From Iphione sp. A-MEVVRFRX5 (Eukaryota), in contig OZ320322.1 of the NCBI GenBank assembly GCA_976226885.1, positions 48,236,001 to 48,300,000 on the forward strand: a stretch of DNA of 64,000 bases, given 5' to 3'. The position numbers and the translations under genes are program-made. Positions within the stretch are counted from its first letter, which is position 1. Each line of letters starts with the position of its first letter. Below the pieces are notes generated by a model, which was not told the origin of the DNA, made no database searches, and saw only the letters and a program-made list of their open reading frames with translations. Below, in pieces: positions 40,401-51,250 of this stretch.

Positions 40401-42451
40401 GGTAGTTTTGAGAACAATTGAAACTTCTTTTGTGATGTTTTCCTTCCAGAACTGTCTGTAGCGGACCGACGCCAGAAGAGGGAGATCCGAACTTTGGAGC
40501 AGGAGTTGCCCAAGTGGCAGGTTCTCGTTGATTCAGTCACAGGTGCGTCATTCTGAAGCCATATCAGATCATGCTTAAAGAAGATGTAACAGTCCATTGG
40601 CTCATGTTATCTTTTTCTGTCTGTTTCAACAAAAACTGTACAACCATGCCTTTGAATGAAATAAACCTAAACTTTAGTGCCCTTACCAGACACTAGGTGT
40701 CTACCTGAGATGCAGTCCAGGCGGCGCCACAGCATACAGCATATTCCATTGTCACTTTCACAGGAATACCTTGACTGTCAAGCAGTGAATAAACTTTACT
40801 GAATCTGAACTTTAGGTTCAGTTTTGTTTAAGTAAAAAAGACTTGAGAAAATTTGGTCATGTAGGTACTGATTGAACAGGCTTAACTTTACATACGCCTG
40901 ATTTTGAGCCCCATTGCAAAGAAAGTCCAGTGTATCATTTTCCCGTTATGCCACCTGAAAAGTGTGACTATCCATAATTTAGCTTATGTTTAAGAATGAT
41001 ACTCACAGATGCTGGCGGAGGGCACACTTTAGGGCGGACAGTATTAGAGCTCTGTTATCAGTGATAAAAGACGGGGTCACTTGCCTGATAGCAAGGATTG
41101 CCTAACTGTCATCCGTAGCATCCACACTTCTGCAATTGGTCTTGTGTATAACAAATTTAATTCTACACTTAGCAGATATTTTGTAGCAGTGCTTACTCAT
41201 TAATCAATTAGTCAATGAGTAAAAACCCGGTTTAATTTTGTCACTACTTCCTAAATGACATGTACCTATCTCGCTACCCTCAGTTATCATTAAACTAAAA
41301 GAGATTACTTGTAATGCTTATACACTTATATGAGGGCATAAATAGAGCACTTCTTTGTCTCTGCAGGCATCAGTCCCCCAGACTTTGACTCGCAGACACT
41401 AGCTGTCTTACGGGGTCGTTTGGTGCGCTATCTCATGAGATCTAGAGAGGTAAGATCTTTTGTGTACCAGAAAATTATAATGTGAGAGGGAGGTTTAATA
41501 ATGTGATTACAAAAAGACGTGAATCTTGTCGCTAGAACCATCTTCCCCATACGCCTATCATTTCTAAAGTATCCATACCCTCCTCAACTCAATTCTTGGT
41601 CGCATCACTCGCCATAAACACCTGACCCAATCTAAAAGATGATCGCGGTAGTATATTTCCCTCCATACTCTTCTTTTGCGTCCATTATTTCAGCTGTAAC
41701 TTTTCTGAACAAAGTGCTCTCTTTGTATGATTTCGAATTTGAAAAAAAATTAAATCTTTGTACGATATTGATGTACATGTATTCTTTAAGTTTTTGTTCA
41801 TATGACATTTCCGTTTTCTACTTATAGATCACATTGGGCCGAGCCACCAAAGATAATCCCATAGACGTCGACTTATCACTGGAGGGTCCTGCGTGGAAGA
41901 TCTCGCGGCGCCAAGGCGTTATCAAGCTCCGCAGTAATGGCGACTTTTTCATAGCTAATGAAGGCAAGCGACCGGTCTATATTGATGGCAAGCCAGTGCT
42001 GCAAGGCAACAAACAGAAACTCAACAACAACTCGGTGGTCGAGGTATGTAGCAGTCATGTTCCTGTCATTGTCTAGTGTTTCTTTACTGTATGCCATGGA
42101 CACTTGAGCAGAACCCCATAAGTCAGTATGAAGCATGATATCCGAAAAAGTATTTTTCATCACTAATGAATATGTTGTATGATAAAGAAGTTCATGTGTG
42201 TCAAGGCTATTTAAGTCTTTATTGTTATGCGGGTTTGCTTAGATTTGCATATGATGGTGAAGGTATATTCGAAATTTCACTTTGGTCTGAAAGGTAGCTG
42301 TCTCCAGAATGCCTCTAATTTAATTTCCTTCTTTTTTAAAAATAAACACGTCATTTTCCCTTTACAGATATCTTGTCTGCGATTCATCTTCCTCATCAAT
42401 CAAGATCTTATTGGGATCATTCGCAACGAAGCCCAGAAACTGTCCTCATAG
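34444..42451 (+). CDS. MCRS1: Microspherule protein 1 (MCRS1/MSP58; INO80 and NSL complex subunit, C-terminal FHA domain); ~493 aa from ATG 34444
   Basis: Exons (GT-AG, phases consistent): 34444-34857 (RSIKRKKFDDELVESSL), 35247-35375 (DLGRWKPQDDL), 35977-36086 (QERWYALLYDP), 36700-36808, 36942-37080, 37329-37404, 37702-37730, 40450-40542 (DRRQKREIR..EQELPKWQVLVD), 41367-41449 (TLAVLRGRLVRYLMRSRE), 41828-42043 (FHA: ITLGRATKD..DVDLSLEGPAWKISRRQ), 42368-42451. The true start may be upstream (see findings). Confidence 0.96.
35776..35815 (-). mobile_element. Short repeat, copy 1; probable Helitron-type 3' terminus
   Basis: 33 of 36 nt identical to 40695-40730. On the minus strand, a hairpin (CCTGA-N8-TCAGG) is followed after 7 nt by CTTG|T; copy 2 has CTAG|T. 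Confidence 0.4.
38780..39250. repeat. G-rich ~70-bp minisatellite (4-5 copies) between ~69-bp AT-rich direct repeats in MCRS1 intron 7
   Basis: Units start CTCCAGCAGYG..TGACCRAGG at ~38785, 38857, 38927 and 38997. Direct repeats TTGTCTAAATTTTGTCTAAAACTGACACAC..TTTGTTG(G)AAAAACTGAC at 38412-38480 and 39319-39387. Confidence 0.65.
39720..40050 (+). mobile_element. Second DIRS gag-like fragment, in MCRS1 intron 7
   Basis: GEFLEQLKLDEAISLDAPEDIAMFMNKFYLKVWDEPNLAKKRESY aligns by eye with EEYQEHLEKDQVVGPDILQNIVNFINEVQLKCWEEPSVNKKKELY from the DIRS remnant at ~17850-17980. Confidence 0.5.
40691..40730 (-). mobile_element. Short repeat, copy 2; probable Helitron-type 3' terminus
   Basis: Minus strand reads gtggcgccgCCTGgactgcatctCAGGtagacacCTAG|T: a hairpin, a short spacer, CTAG and then T, which is the canonical Helitron 3' end layout. 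Confidence 0.45.
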
Positions 42452-44828
42452 CGAGCACCTACAGGCACATCCCAGCAGACAGAGAAACCTCGAACTTGAA
42501 TGGTCAAATGGTCGCTTTCCTGAAGACGCCGACTTGGGTGTGCCTGTCGTTAATGTTTCTCTGAAGACATATTCACTTTGCAGTTTTATAATTCTTTATT
42601 TTTGTGGCGGGAGCGGGGGCTTACTTAACTTATCCTACCGATAAGTAAATGTGAGGCAAGGGTTTATCTCTCAAACATGTACGTTTGCGAGCGCATTCCG
42701 CTGACGGGCTCAGTATTTCGGTTTCCTGTATGATTTAAGAATACGACCACATTGTATAGGTGTACTCTTGTACAAAACCTAACGAATTTGAGTGGAAAGT
42801 TCATTCATGCTGACAGAATGAACTGTAAGGACCAATCAGGATGATCCGTATACGGTGAGGCAGACTCCTGATATGAGATGAAGTGGCATATGAAGTGGTT
42901 ATGTCAGGAAAGTGGCACGTACATGTACATGTAACTCGGTATTAATTGTAACTCAATAATCATACTCGTTCTTGTATCAGAGTCTCATACTTCGGTGTAA
43001 ATATATCAAATATATTCTGTCATGACATGGACCTACATGTCTCTCAAACAATTTTTGGATGCAGTTTAAGATTCTGATAATGTTTTTAAAATGCTTTAAA
43101 AAAATTGTCAAGGCTGCCTATGGCGCGATCTAATCATGTGACCGGTGACATCATCAGGTAGATCAAAATCATCCTCGGTATATGTGTTTTAGTTTTCAAT
43201 GCTAGTGTAATTACCCATTAGGATAAACTGTAATAGTTTATGTGGGACGTATTTTGATTACGCTGTCAGTCTGGTTTTCTGTTATTTTTTTTTGCTTCTT
43301 CACCTTTCATATCTGAAAAGTCTTAATAGCAACCAGGAGAAAAATATTGTCATACATGTATCTGTCACCCAAAATTATGCTGCGCCCACACAGCCATTCG
43401 CACTGATTTTGGAGCTATATATAGCATATCTCCTCTGGAGTGTCCCCTATTTATATACATGTACAGCTATACAGGTTTTTGAAGGAAACACAGTGAAGTC
43501 TGAAAGCATAGTAAGGATGCTTTTTCAAATAAAAAAAAAAAGTGCTCTTCAAAAGGACGGATTAAGATTTGCCACCTTGATCTTCCATCCCACCCCCACC
43601 CCAAAGTACGACTGCCATCCTACCTACCGCCCCCTTGGAGGTGTTGTTTGGTATCTCCCATGAGGGATTCAACTAACAGGTCAGAAAATAAAACAGATTA
43701 GGATAGTTACGCGTTTAGACATATTATTACCGTCCGAATGGTGTCTCTCAGATCTCATAGTACAATAAAATATGCCATACACATGGACATGATTTTTTTT
43801 TTCAAGGCTGCGTGCTTAGAAAAGATTTTTAGAAACAGTTTCATACACTACACCACCTTCAGCATGACCTTTTTAACAGCGGTAACTAGGATTAAGTCTA
43901 GTTTACGATTTATGGCTCTTTCTAACTGATTTTTGTTTTATTAAAACCATTTTTTGACCTTTCTAACTGATAAAGATTGTGAGAACAATGTTCATATTCC
44001 ATATACGTCATGATTTCTTTTTCCCTCTTAGCATAAAAAATGCATCAGACCCAATATCAGTAAGGTAAATAACGAGTTAGACCTTTACAGCTACCAAACT
44101 TTTTTTTTTAAATCCCTGTCTAGTGATAACTGACACATTTCTGGTCGGCAAAATGTCTGCGGTCGAGGAAAGAATCAGTTCGAGGAAAATGGATTTTCAC
44201 AAGGAAAGAAAGGATAGAGGCCCAACAGCCATGTCATAGAACAATTTTAATTTTGGACCCATCATTTTCCCTTCCAAAGATTCGCAAATGGCATTTATCA
44301 GCCCCTTTGGAACTTAGTCCGCATCAAAGAAATGGCATGAGATGTAACATGCCTAATATTAATCTGGAAGGACGAAACCCTCATGAAACGCCACCAATAA
44401 AACTTATCTTTCTATGAACATACTCCTCCAAACCATAATTGAATATCTACCAGAGGACTATTATACCAGAGCTAATCGACAAATGGGGACCATAGCAACA
44501 TGACAGGAGACATGACTACGACATTCTTAACAGTTATTTGAGGGTAGGATCCATTGTGCTATGATGGTAACCTTTTTGGTGAGGGGATACCCATCTAGAC
44601 CATCCGTGCAATACAACATAAAGGAATAGCTCTTTTCTTTGCAGACCTTGTGGCCCAAGGCCACTTAATCAACCTGTTTTCCTATAAATTCACTTAAAAG
44701 GAAATTGACGAACAGTTGTGTACTACTTTTAGGATAATGATTTATCCATAAATATTTAGTCAAGCTATGAATATTTAAGGATTTGTGTGACAGAACGAAT
44801 CAATATGTTTCGGTAGTAATATGTAGAA

Positions 44829-47800
44829 TGATTGATTGATTGATTGATTGGCATCCGTCTGTCTCGAAAGACAATGGGGGGATTTGCGCCTTGGCTAGTC
44901 TGTATGACAGCGCCTGCTGTGGCTGTACAGGCCTATTTTTGAGCGGCAAAGTTTGTTGCAGTTACTGCAGGCAAAGCCTGCAACTGTCTCTGAGACCCGT
45001 GATTTTACTCTCTGTTGCCTGCGATCTCTCTTTGCATTCCAGTTGTCTTCTCTCTTCCTCTCACTCAGCTCAACACTGGTCTTGACAGCACATCTCCAGG
45101 CACTGCGATTGGCAGCCATAGTTTCAAGGTCCGTCGGGTGGATGTTTCCCGCCTTCAGATCACGCTTGCAGACATCCTTGAATCGCAGGGCTGGCCTGCC
45201 AGTGGGCCTTGAGCCATGGGCAAGCTCGCTATACAAGATGTCTTTGGGGATTCGGCCATCTTGCATACGTATGACATGACCAAGCCAACGTAGACGTCTC
45301 TGCAAGAGAAGGGCATGCATGCTTGGTATTTTTGCTTTTTTTAGCACATCCTTGTTCGGCATATGGTCCTGCCAGGTGATACCCAAAATCCTCCTTAGAC
45401 AGCGCAGATGAAAAGCGTTGAGCCTATGCTCTTGGCGAGAGTATAAGGACCATGTTTCACTACCATAGAGCAAAGTGCTCAAAACGCAGGCCTGGTATAC
45501 TTTCATTTTTGTATTCATGGTCAGCATAGAGTTGTTCCAGACTCTCTTTGTCAGGCGCGCCATTGCTGTTGCTGCCTTGCCAATCCGGATGTTTAGCTCA
45601 GGGTCCAGGGAGAGGTTGCTGGAGATCGTGGAGCCAAGGTAGGTGAAGTCCTCTACCACCTCAAGGGTGTGTGCTCCAATGGATATGCATGGGGTACTGC
45701 TGACATCTTGACCCAAGATGTTGGTCTTCTTGATGCTGATGGTTAGGCCAAATTCATCACTTGCATGTGCCAGGCAGGTAACGAGACGTTGTAGTGCATC
45801 CTCGGTGTGTGCAGTCAAGGCAGCATCGTCTGCGAACAGCATTTCCCTCAGAAGAACCCTGCGCACCTTGGTCTTTGCACGGAGGCGGGCAAGGTTGAAA
45901 AGACTTCCATTGCTTCTTGTGTGGATGTAGATGCCATCTTCAGACTGGTCGAAGGCATACTGCAGGAGCAGGGAGAAGAAGATGCCGAAGAGTGTTGGAG
46001 CAAGGACACATCCTTGTTTCACACCACTACGGATCGGGAAGGGCTCTGATGATGATCCGTTGTACCGGACGGTGCCTCTCATGTCTTCATGGAAGGAGAT
46101 GATCATTTTAAGGAGCTTGCTGGGGCATCCTATCCTGTGGAGTAGGGTGAAGAGGCCACTTCTGCTGACCAAGTCAAATGCCTTAGTCAGGTCTATGAAG
46201 GCAATGTAGAGCGGTTGTTTCTGTTCACGGCACTTCTCCTGCAGCTGCCTCAGTGAGAAAATCATGTCAACTGTTGATCTTCCCGCTCTAAAACCACACT
46301 GTGCTTCAGGGTAGATGCGTTCTGCAAGTGAATGGAGTCTGTTCAGGACTACACGGGCAAAAACCTTGCCGACGATGCTAAGAAGGGAGATCCCACGGTA
46401 ATTGTTGCAATCACTGCGGTCTCCTTTGTTCTTATAAAGTGTTGTGATATTTGCATCTCGCATGTCTTGTGGAACTGTTCCTTCCTCCCAACACTGTAGT
46501 AAGAGCTCATGTAGGTGGTGGAGGAGCTCAGTTTTCTTCCCAGCTTTGATGATCTCAGGTGGAATGCCATCGCTTCCTGGTGCTTTACCACAGGCTAGGG
46601 TGTCAATTGCCTTTGTGAGTTCCTGCATGGAGGGTGGATTATCGAGTTCTTCCATGGTTGGCAGGGGTTGGATGTGCTCAACTGCTGAGTCGGTGACAAC
46701 ATTTTCCCGCGAGTACAGCTGCTGATAGTGTTCTGCCCATCTCTCCATCTGCCGGCTACGGTCTGTTATGATCTCCCCAGAGGCAGACTTTAGAGGTGCA
46801 ATCTTGGTGACACTTGGGCCAAATGCTTTTTTCATGCCCTCATACATGGCACGCACATTCCCACAATCAGCAGATAGTTGGATGTTCTGGCACAGGTTCA
46901 GCCAGTAGTCATTTGCACATTTCCGAGCAATCCTCTGGGTGTTGTTTCTGGCCATTCTGAGTGTGGTTAGTGTTTTCTTTGAAGGTTCTCTCTTATAGCC
47001 TAATAGTGCTGTGCGTTTTGCTGCAATAGCTGGCTCAAGTTTTGCAATCCCTGCCTCGAACCAGTCTGGGTTCCTCCTCTCCCGCTTACCAAAGGTGTTT
47101 ATGGCAGAGTTGTAGATAGCCTCTCGGATGTGCCCCCATCTCTCCTCTGCATTGCTGGTTGGGCAATCCTTGAGAGCCTCTTGGATGGACTTTGCAAAAT
47201 TTGCTTGGAGATCTGGTGCAGAGATCATGGCAGTGTTGATACGCGGCTGTCCTTTAGGCTTAGAGGTGTGGATCCGCTTTGGTTGTAGGCGCACTCTTGC
47301 CCCAACCAGTGAGTGATCAGTGTCACAGTCGGAGCTGTGGTAGCTGCGGGTTATATGTACGCAGCTCAGTGAGCTCCTCCTGGTGATGACGAGGTCCAGC
47401 TGGTGCCAGTGGTGGGATCTGGGGTGACGCCAGGACACTCTATGGATGGGCTTTGTCTGGAAGAAGGTGTTTGTGATGCACAGATCATGATATGAGCATA
47501 GTTCCAGTAGTCTCTGTCCATTTTCATTTTGCTTACCAGTGCCAAAGTGGCCAATACAGCGGGGCCAAGAGACATGATCAGTACCAATCCTGGCATTGAA
47601 GTCCCCAAGCAAGTACAGACATTCTGTTGTTGGGATTTCTTTGATGGTAGCTTCCAGTTCCTCATAGAATTCATCCTTTGCCTCAGTGCTGGAGCAGAGT
47701 GTAGGAGCATATACGCTCAGGATGTTCACAGGGCCTGATGAGCTGGAGAGGTGGAGGGAGATGATTCTTGCTGATCCTCCGGATGGTGGTTCAACTGCGG

Positions 47801-48841
47801 ACAGCAGGGTATTCCTCACTGCGAATCCAACACCGTGTATGCGGGCCTCCTCTGGATCCTTTCCTTGCCAGTAGAATGTGTAGTCCTGTTCTCTGATGCT
47901 GCCCTTTGCTGGTAGCCTGGTCTCTTGCAGGGCGGCAATGTCGATGTTGAGCCTCTTGAGCTCATGGTTGATGATGGCTGTTTTCCTCATATCGTCAATT
48001 TGTTGCAGGTCGTCAGAGAGGCCAGGACACATAGTCCTAACGTTCCAGGTTGCCAGTCTCAGCACTGGCGGCTTAGTTTCCTGATTTCTTGTTTTGCCTG
48101 GTGCTTGTGTTTTCAGTCTGCTTTTCAGTGTTTTCCTAAGCCCCAAGCACCCATTGGAGCAGGCAGACTGTGACGGGTCAGCACCTTATTGGCTGGGGGC
48201 TGCCCAGCTTGAGGCGGGCGATAGCTGACCAGTGGGATGCGATGATCCCTCCCACCGCCGGAGGCAGCCCGTAGCGTCCGAGCTCACGCCAATATGCTCT
48301 AGACTTATAACTCGTAACTGCCGCCCCCCGTGTTGTTTCTGCCACTGTAGCAGTGGCACTGAAGTGACCTCTCCAGGGCGCAAGAAGCCTGGGCAGTGTG
48401 TATGGCGATCCTGAGGTGCCCAGCGTTCAGGACCCCCCTCTCGGCCTTGCTGATGAAGTCCAAAGGAATGCAAAGCAATACATTTGGCACCAGGTTGGCT
48501 GCAGGAGTTGCCGGAATGATGCTTGTGTACTGGCAGTCATCCGCCTACGGGGCTCCACTCCTGATTTGAAGGGTTTACTCCCCTACACTTGGCCGTTGGG
48601 TCATCTGAGGACCTCCTCCGCCCTTTAGCCGTTGGCTGCAAAAAGCTCCTCCGCCTAGTGGTGCAGTGTAGGCACCACCCCCTCATGTGGTTTGGTCCGC
48701 CAGCTGAGACGGTGTGCCGGGGTGTGGCGCTTGGAGCCAGCACATGAGAGATTTAGGGGATGGATGAGGACCAGTGGTGTCTGCCCGCCATATGATACGA
48801 CGCAGCTGCCAGACAACAAGGGTGCTACCCCTATCCAGAGC
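44829..48841 (-). mobile_element. Apparently full-length RTE-clade LINE
   Basis: Single long EN-RT ORF; 3' end in a (CAAT)5 microsatellite tail (44831-44850), typical of RTE elements; GC-rich leader of ~690 bp. The 5' boundary near 48840 is inferred from the drop in GC content. No TSD found. Confidence 0.9.
44895..48146 (-). CDS. RTE-type APE endonuclease / reverse transcriptase, 1083 codons, uninterrupted
   Basis: APE motifs TWNVRT, LQETR, YAPT, LGDFNA, SDH-like (TDHSLV). RT motifs KAPGSDG, NYRGISLL, QCGFR, FIDLTKAFD, GVKQGCVLAPTLF, LFADD, FTYLGS. C-terminal CxxC..H..C zinc finger (CSNCNKLCRSKIGLYSHSRRC). The ORF-track start codon is TTG, not ATG. Confidence 0.97.
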   Translation of the reverse strand: MGLRKTLKSRLKTQAPGKTRNQETKPPVLRLATWNVRTMCPGLSDDLQQIDDMRKTAIINHELKRLNIDIAALQETRLPAKGSIREQDYTFYWQGKDPEEARIHGVGFAVRNTLLSAVEPPSGGSARIISLHLSSSSGPVNILSVYAPTLCSSTEAKDEFYEELEATIKEIPTTECLYLLGDFNARIGTDHVSWPRCIGHFGTGKQNENGQRLLELCSYHDLCITNTFFQTKPIHRVSWRHPRSHHWHQLDLVITRRSSLSCVHITRSYHSSDCDTDHSLVGARVRLQPKRIHTSKPKGQPRINTAMISAPDLQANFAKSIQEALKDCPTSNAEERWGHIREAIYNSAINTFGKRERRNPDWFEAGIAKLEPAIAAKRTALLGYKREPSKKTLTTLRMARNNTQRIARKCANDYWLNLCQNIQLSADCGNVRAMYEGMKKAFGPSVTKIAPLKSASGEIITDRSRQMERWAEHYQQLYSRENVVTDSAVEHIQPLPTMEELDNPPSMQELTKAIDTLACGKAPGSDGIPPEIIKAGKKTELLHHLHELLLQCWEEGTVPQDMRDANITTLYKNKGDRSDCNNYRGISLLSIVGKVFARVVLNRLHSLAERIYPEAQCGFRAGRSTVDMIFSLRQLQEKCREQKQPLYIAFIDLTKAFDLVSRSGLFTLLHRIGCPSKLLKMIISFHEDMRGTVRYNGSSSEPFPIRSGVKQGCVLAPTLFGIFFSLLLQYAFDQSEDGIYIHTRSNGSLFNLARLRAKTKVRRVLLREMLFADDAALTAHTEDALQRLVTCLAHASDEFGLTISIKKTNILGQDVSSTPCISIGAHTLEVVEDFTYLGSTISSNLSLDPELNIRIGKAATAMARLTKRVWNNSMLTMNTKMKVYQACVLSTLLYGSETWSLYSRQEHRLNAFHLRCLRRILGITWQDHMPNKDVLKKAKIPSMHALLLQRRLRWLGHVIRMQDGRIPKDILYSELAHGSRPTGRPALRFKDVCKRDLKAGNIHPTDLETMAANRSAWRCAVKTSVELSERKREDNWNAKRDRRQQRVKSRVSETVAGFACSNCNKLCRSKIGLYSHSRRCHTD

Positions 48842-48993
48842 ATAATACTCTTATATATCGAAGAGCAAGAAGAACGCCAATTCAAAACTTAATCTTTTAG
48901 AGACAACACACATAGGGTAATATTGCTCTTTTCCTGACAGCAGCAGACACATGAAAATGTTTCTCAAAATGCTAGCACAGAAGGACCCTCATG

Positions 48994-49153
48994 CATGCCC
49001 GTAGCCAAGGGGGTATCAGGGGTATCGTCCGATACCCCCCACAGCAATTGATATGTATTGGCCTTATAGGGATAGCAAAAAAATAAGTTCCACCCCTGTG
49101 GTATCAGGGGTATCGTCCGATACCCCCCACAAAACCTCCTGGCTACGGGCCTG
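48994..49153. mobile_element. 160-bp MITE-like element with CAG-type TIR
   Basis: TIR CAKGCCCGTAGCCA (13/14 match). Internal perfect 32-bp direct repeat (49012-49043, 49100-49131), each copy holding the hairpin GGGGTATCG-TC-CGATACCCC. No 8-bp TSD seen. Confidence 0.7.
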
Positions 49154-49623
49154 TTATGGTATTGGGGTAGCAGCTTGTTTAATAGTTTGAAACACTCAAG
49201 TATAACAAGCAAGATTTCCTCAAATCAAGCAAGATTTCTGGGTTCCCTCACGGTAATTTCTCTATAGAACAGCTCTACTCTTCTTCTTGCCTTCTTTTCT
49301 GGTCTGCTTCTCCGTGCCCTGGTTCCTTGCATGCTGTAGTGTCTGATAGTGTTTGGTGTTTGAAGAAACATTGGGTGCTGAATTTTTGAGGTTTGAATTA
49401 TTCATTGTTGCCATTTGTTACTGGTAGCTTTTCCAACTCTTGTCATATTTCCAACTCGATTGATACCCTCTAAAACTTACTTATTTTTAGAATAGTCTTT
49501 CTCCTATACTTGTTATTTGGAGCTTGTTGCAACTACAAAAATAGAGTTGATTATAGCCTCACATCACTACAGTTTGGTTTAATACATCAATGTATATTGT
49601 AGGTTGATTAGTCCTATGTATTA

Positions 49624-49872
49624 GGCCAAAGAAAATAGGTGTGTTCCTGGTAACGACCACCCAAAAACCTAGGTAGGGAGTGGCATTTTTTACTGAATTT
49701 CTCTGGATTTTATTGTTTTTCTACTGAATTTTCCAAAAACATGTGCTGTGAAAACACATATCAAAGAAAATTCAGCCTTGGAAACTCTTTGGGGCCAAAA
49801 CATTTTAAGGTAGGGTGAGGTTTTACTAGGTAGGGGTGGGCTACCAGAAACACACCTATTTTTTGTTTTGGC
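49624..49872. mobile_element. ~250-bp MITE (Kolobok-like ends, tentative)
   Basis: Inverted repeats AAAATAGGTGTGTTCCTGGTAAC (49632-49654) and GCTACCAGAAACACACCTATTTT (49840-49862), 21/23 match; ends GGCCAAA..TTTGGC. The superfamily call is inference from end style only. Confidence 0.6.
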
Positions 49873-50899
49873 ATTAGAATACTTGCCTTATAACAGATGC
49901 AGTATCAAACTAATTGTCTGAAGGAAATACATTTGTCATACAGGTATATAATTTAATTCATGGCAAGGTGGTCTATACACAGTCATACAGACCCACTATG
50001 TTCATACGGTATTAACTCACTATATCGGCATTACCATATAAGAAAGTGAACTGCTAGCTAGTAGAGCTGTTGTTCCAGTCTTGGAGTGGATTAAGTGTCA
50101 CAACATGATTTCCACTGGTACCCTGACCTAGATATAGGGCAGGGTACCTGTTGTGGTGGTGAAAGGTAGTTGGCTCCCTTCTTTGGCTATTGCAATGTTT
50201 AGCAACAACTGATGTGTATGGCAGCAAAGAGAATGCAGCTAACAGCACTACTCCCAGTCTGGCAGTGCACATGGACAAAAACACAAAGGAGGACCAGCCA
50301 GCAGGGTACAACAGGTGCAAACAAGGACAGCACAACATGCCCTCAGGCAGATCAAGGACCCAGCATACAAGTGGAACAACATTAATTGTATCATGTGATA
50401 CACTACAACCCCCAGGAAGACACAACCACAAATATAACAATTGCAACCCATTGTATCAATAGCAAATAATTGTATCAAAAGATACAGCACAAAACTGCCA
50501 TAACAGCATTGGGGCGAGGGACTTGCCACAACTCCGAAGGAATGACTACCCACATATACCACACACCACTTTAAACTAGATCAAAGATCCAGCACAAGTT
50601 TCCTTCAAACCTACTCTGTAGTATTGTGTAAGCTGCTTGGGGCTACTGCTCAAGGACACACCTTCACCCCATGAGACACCTTATGTATGAATAAATTCAC
50701 CATGGAAGAGTTCAGGGAGGATCTCCCCAGCTCCAACAGCAAACCAAGAGTTCTCCATTATTCCCCATCTGCATGCAAATGACAATCAATCAACCTCCTC
50801 TAACCAATCTATCTACAATAAATACCCCCCCTCTCACTCCCTCCCACAACCTTGATGCAAACCACAAACCAATTGAGTATTCTTGATATAAGCTACAGG

Positions 50900-51250
50900 G
50901 GGACTGGCTGCAGTGACCAACCCTAACAGCACCCACCAAAGAGCCAACCAACACTAGGGCTAGGAACAGAAACTTCCCTCCCCAAACACCAATGGAATCA
51001 CAGAATACCCTGGGATGAAAACACATCATGCCCTCACCCCAGAACTCAAGACCATGGAGGACTGATAGGACCTACCAAAGGACTTGTAACCAGATTTTCA
51101 AACATTGTTACCCAGCTGGTAACTAACTCCCGAAGCCCTAAGGCAAGCCATGGATCTGCTGTCTACTTTTCTTAGAAAAATGAAGCAAATGAGTTTATTC
51201 GACCATGCCAGGTGCAGTGTATCATTTCATTGTTAAGACAACCAACATAC
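50900..51250 (+). mobile_element. Possible decayed 3' end of a LINE ORF
   Basis: The stop-riddled peptide ..LTPEALRQAMDLLSTFLRKMKQ loosely resembles LINE C-termini; weak evidence. Confidence 0.22.

Noticed and set aside
44840-48084. Short plus-strand and alternate-frame ORFs inside the RTE
   Set aside because: They are shadows of the long ORF, with no independent features.
48450-48476. Hammerhead ribozyme core CTGATGA-agtcc-aaa-ggaat-gcaaa
   Set aside because: Stem II is imperfect, the required GAAA is absent, I see no stem I/III with an NUH site, and it is antisense to the element.
44800-48900. Target-site duplication of the RTE element
   Set aside because: No matching direct repeat found between the tail flank (44800-44828) and 48840-48990.
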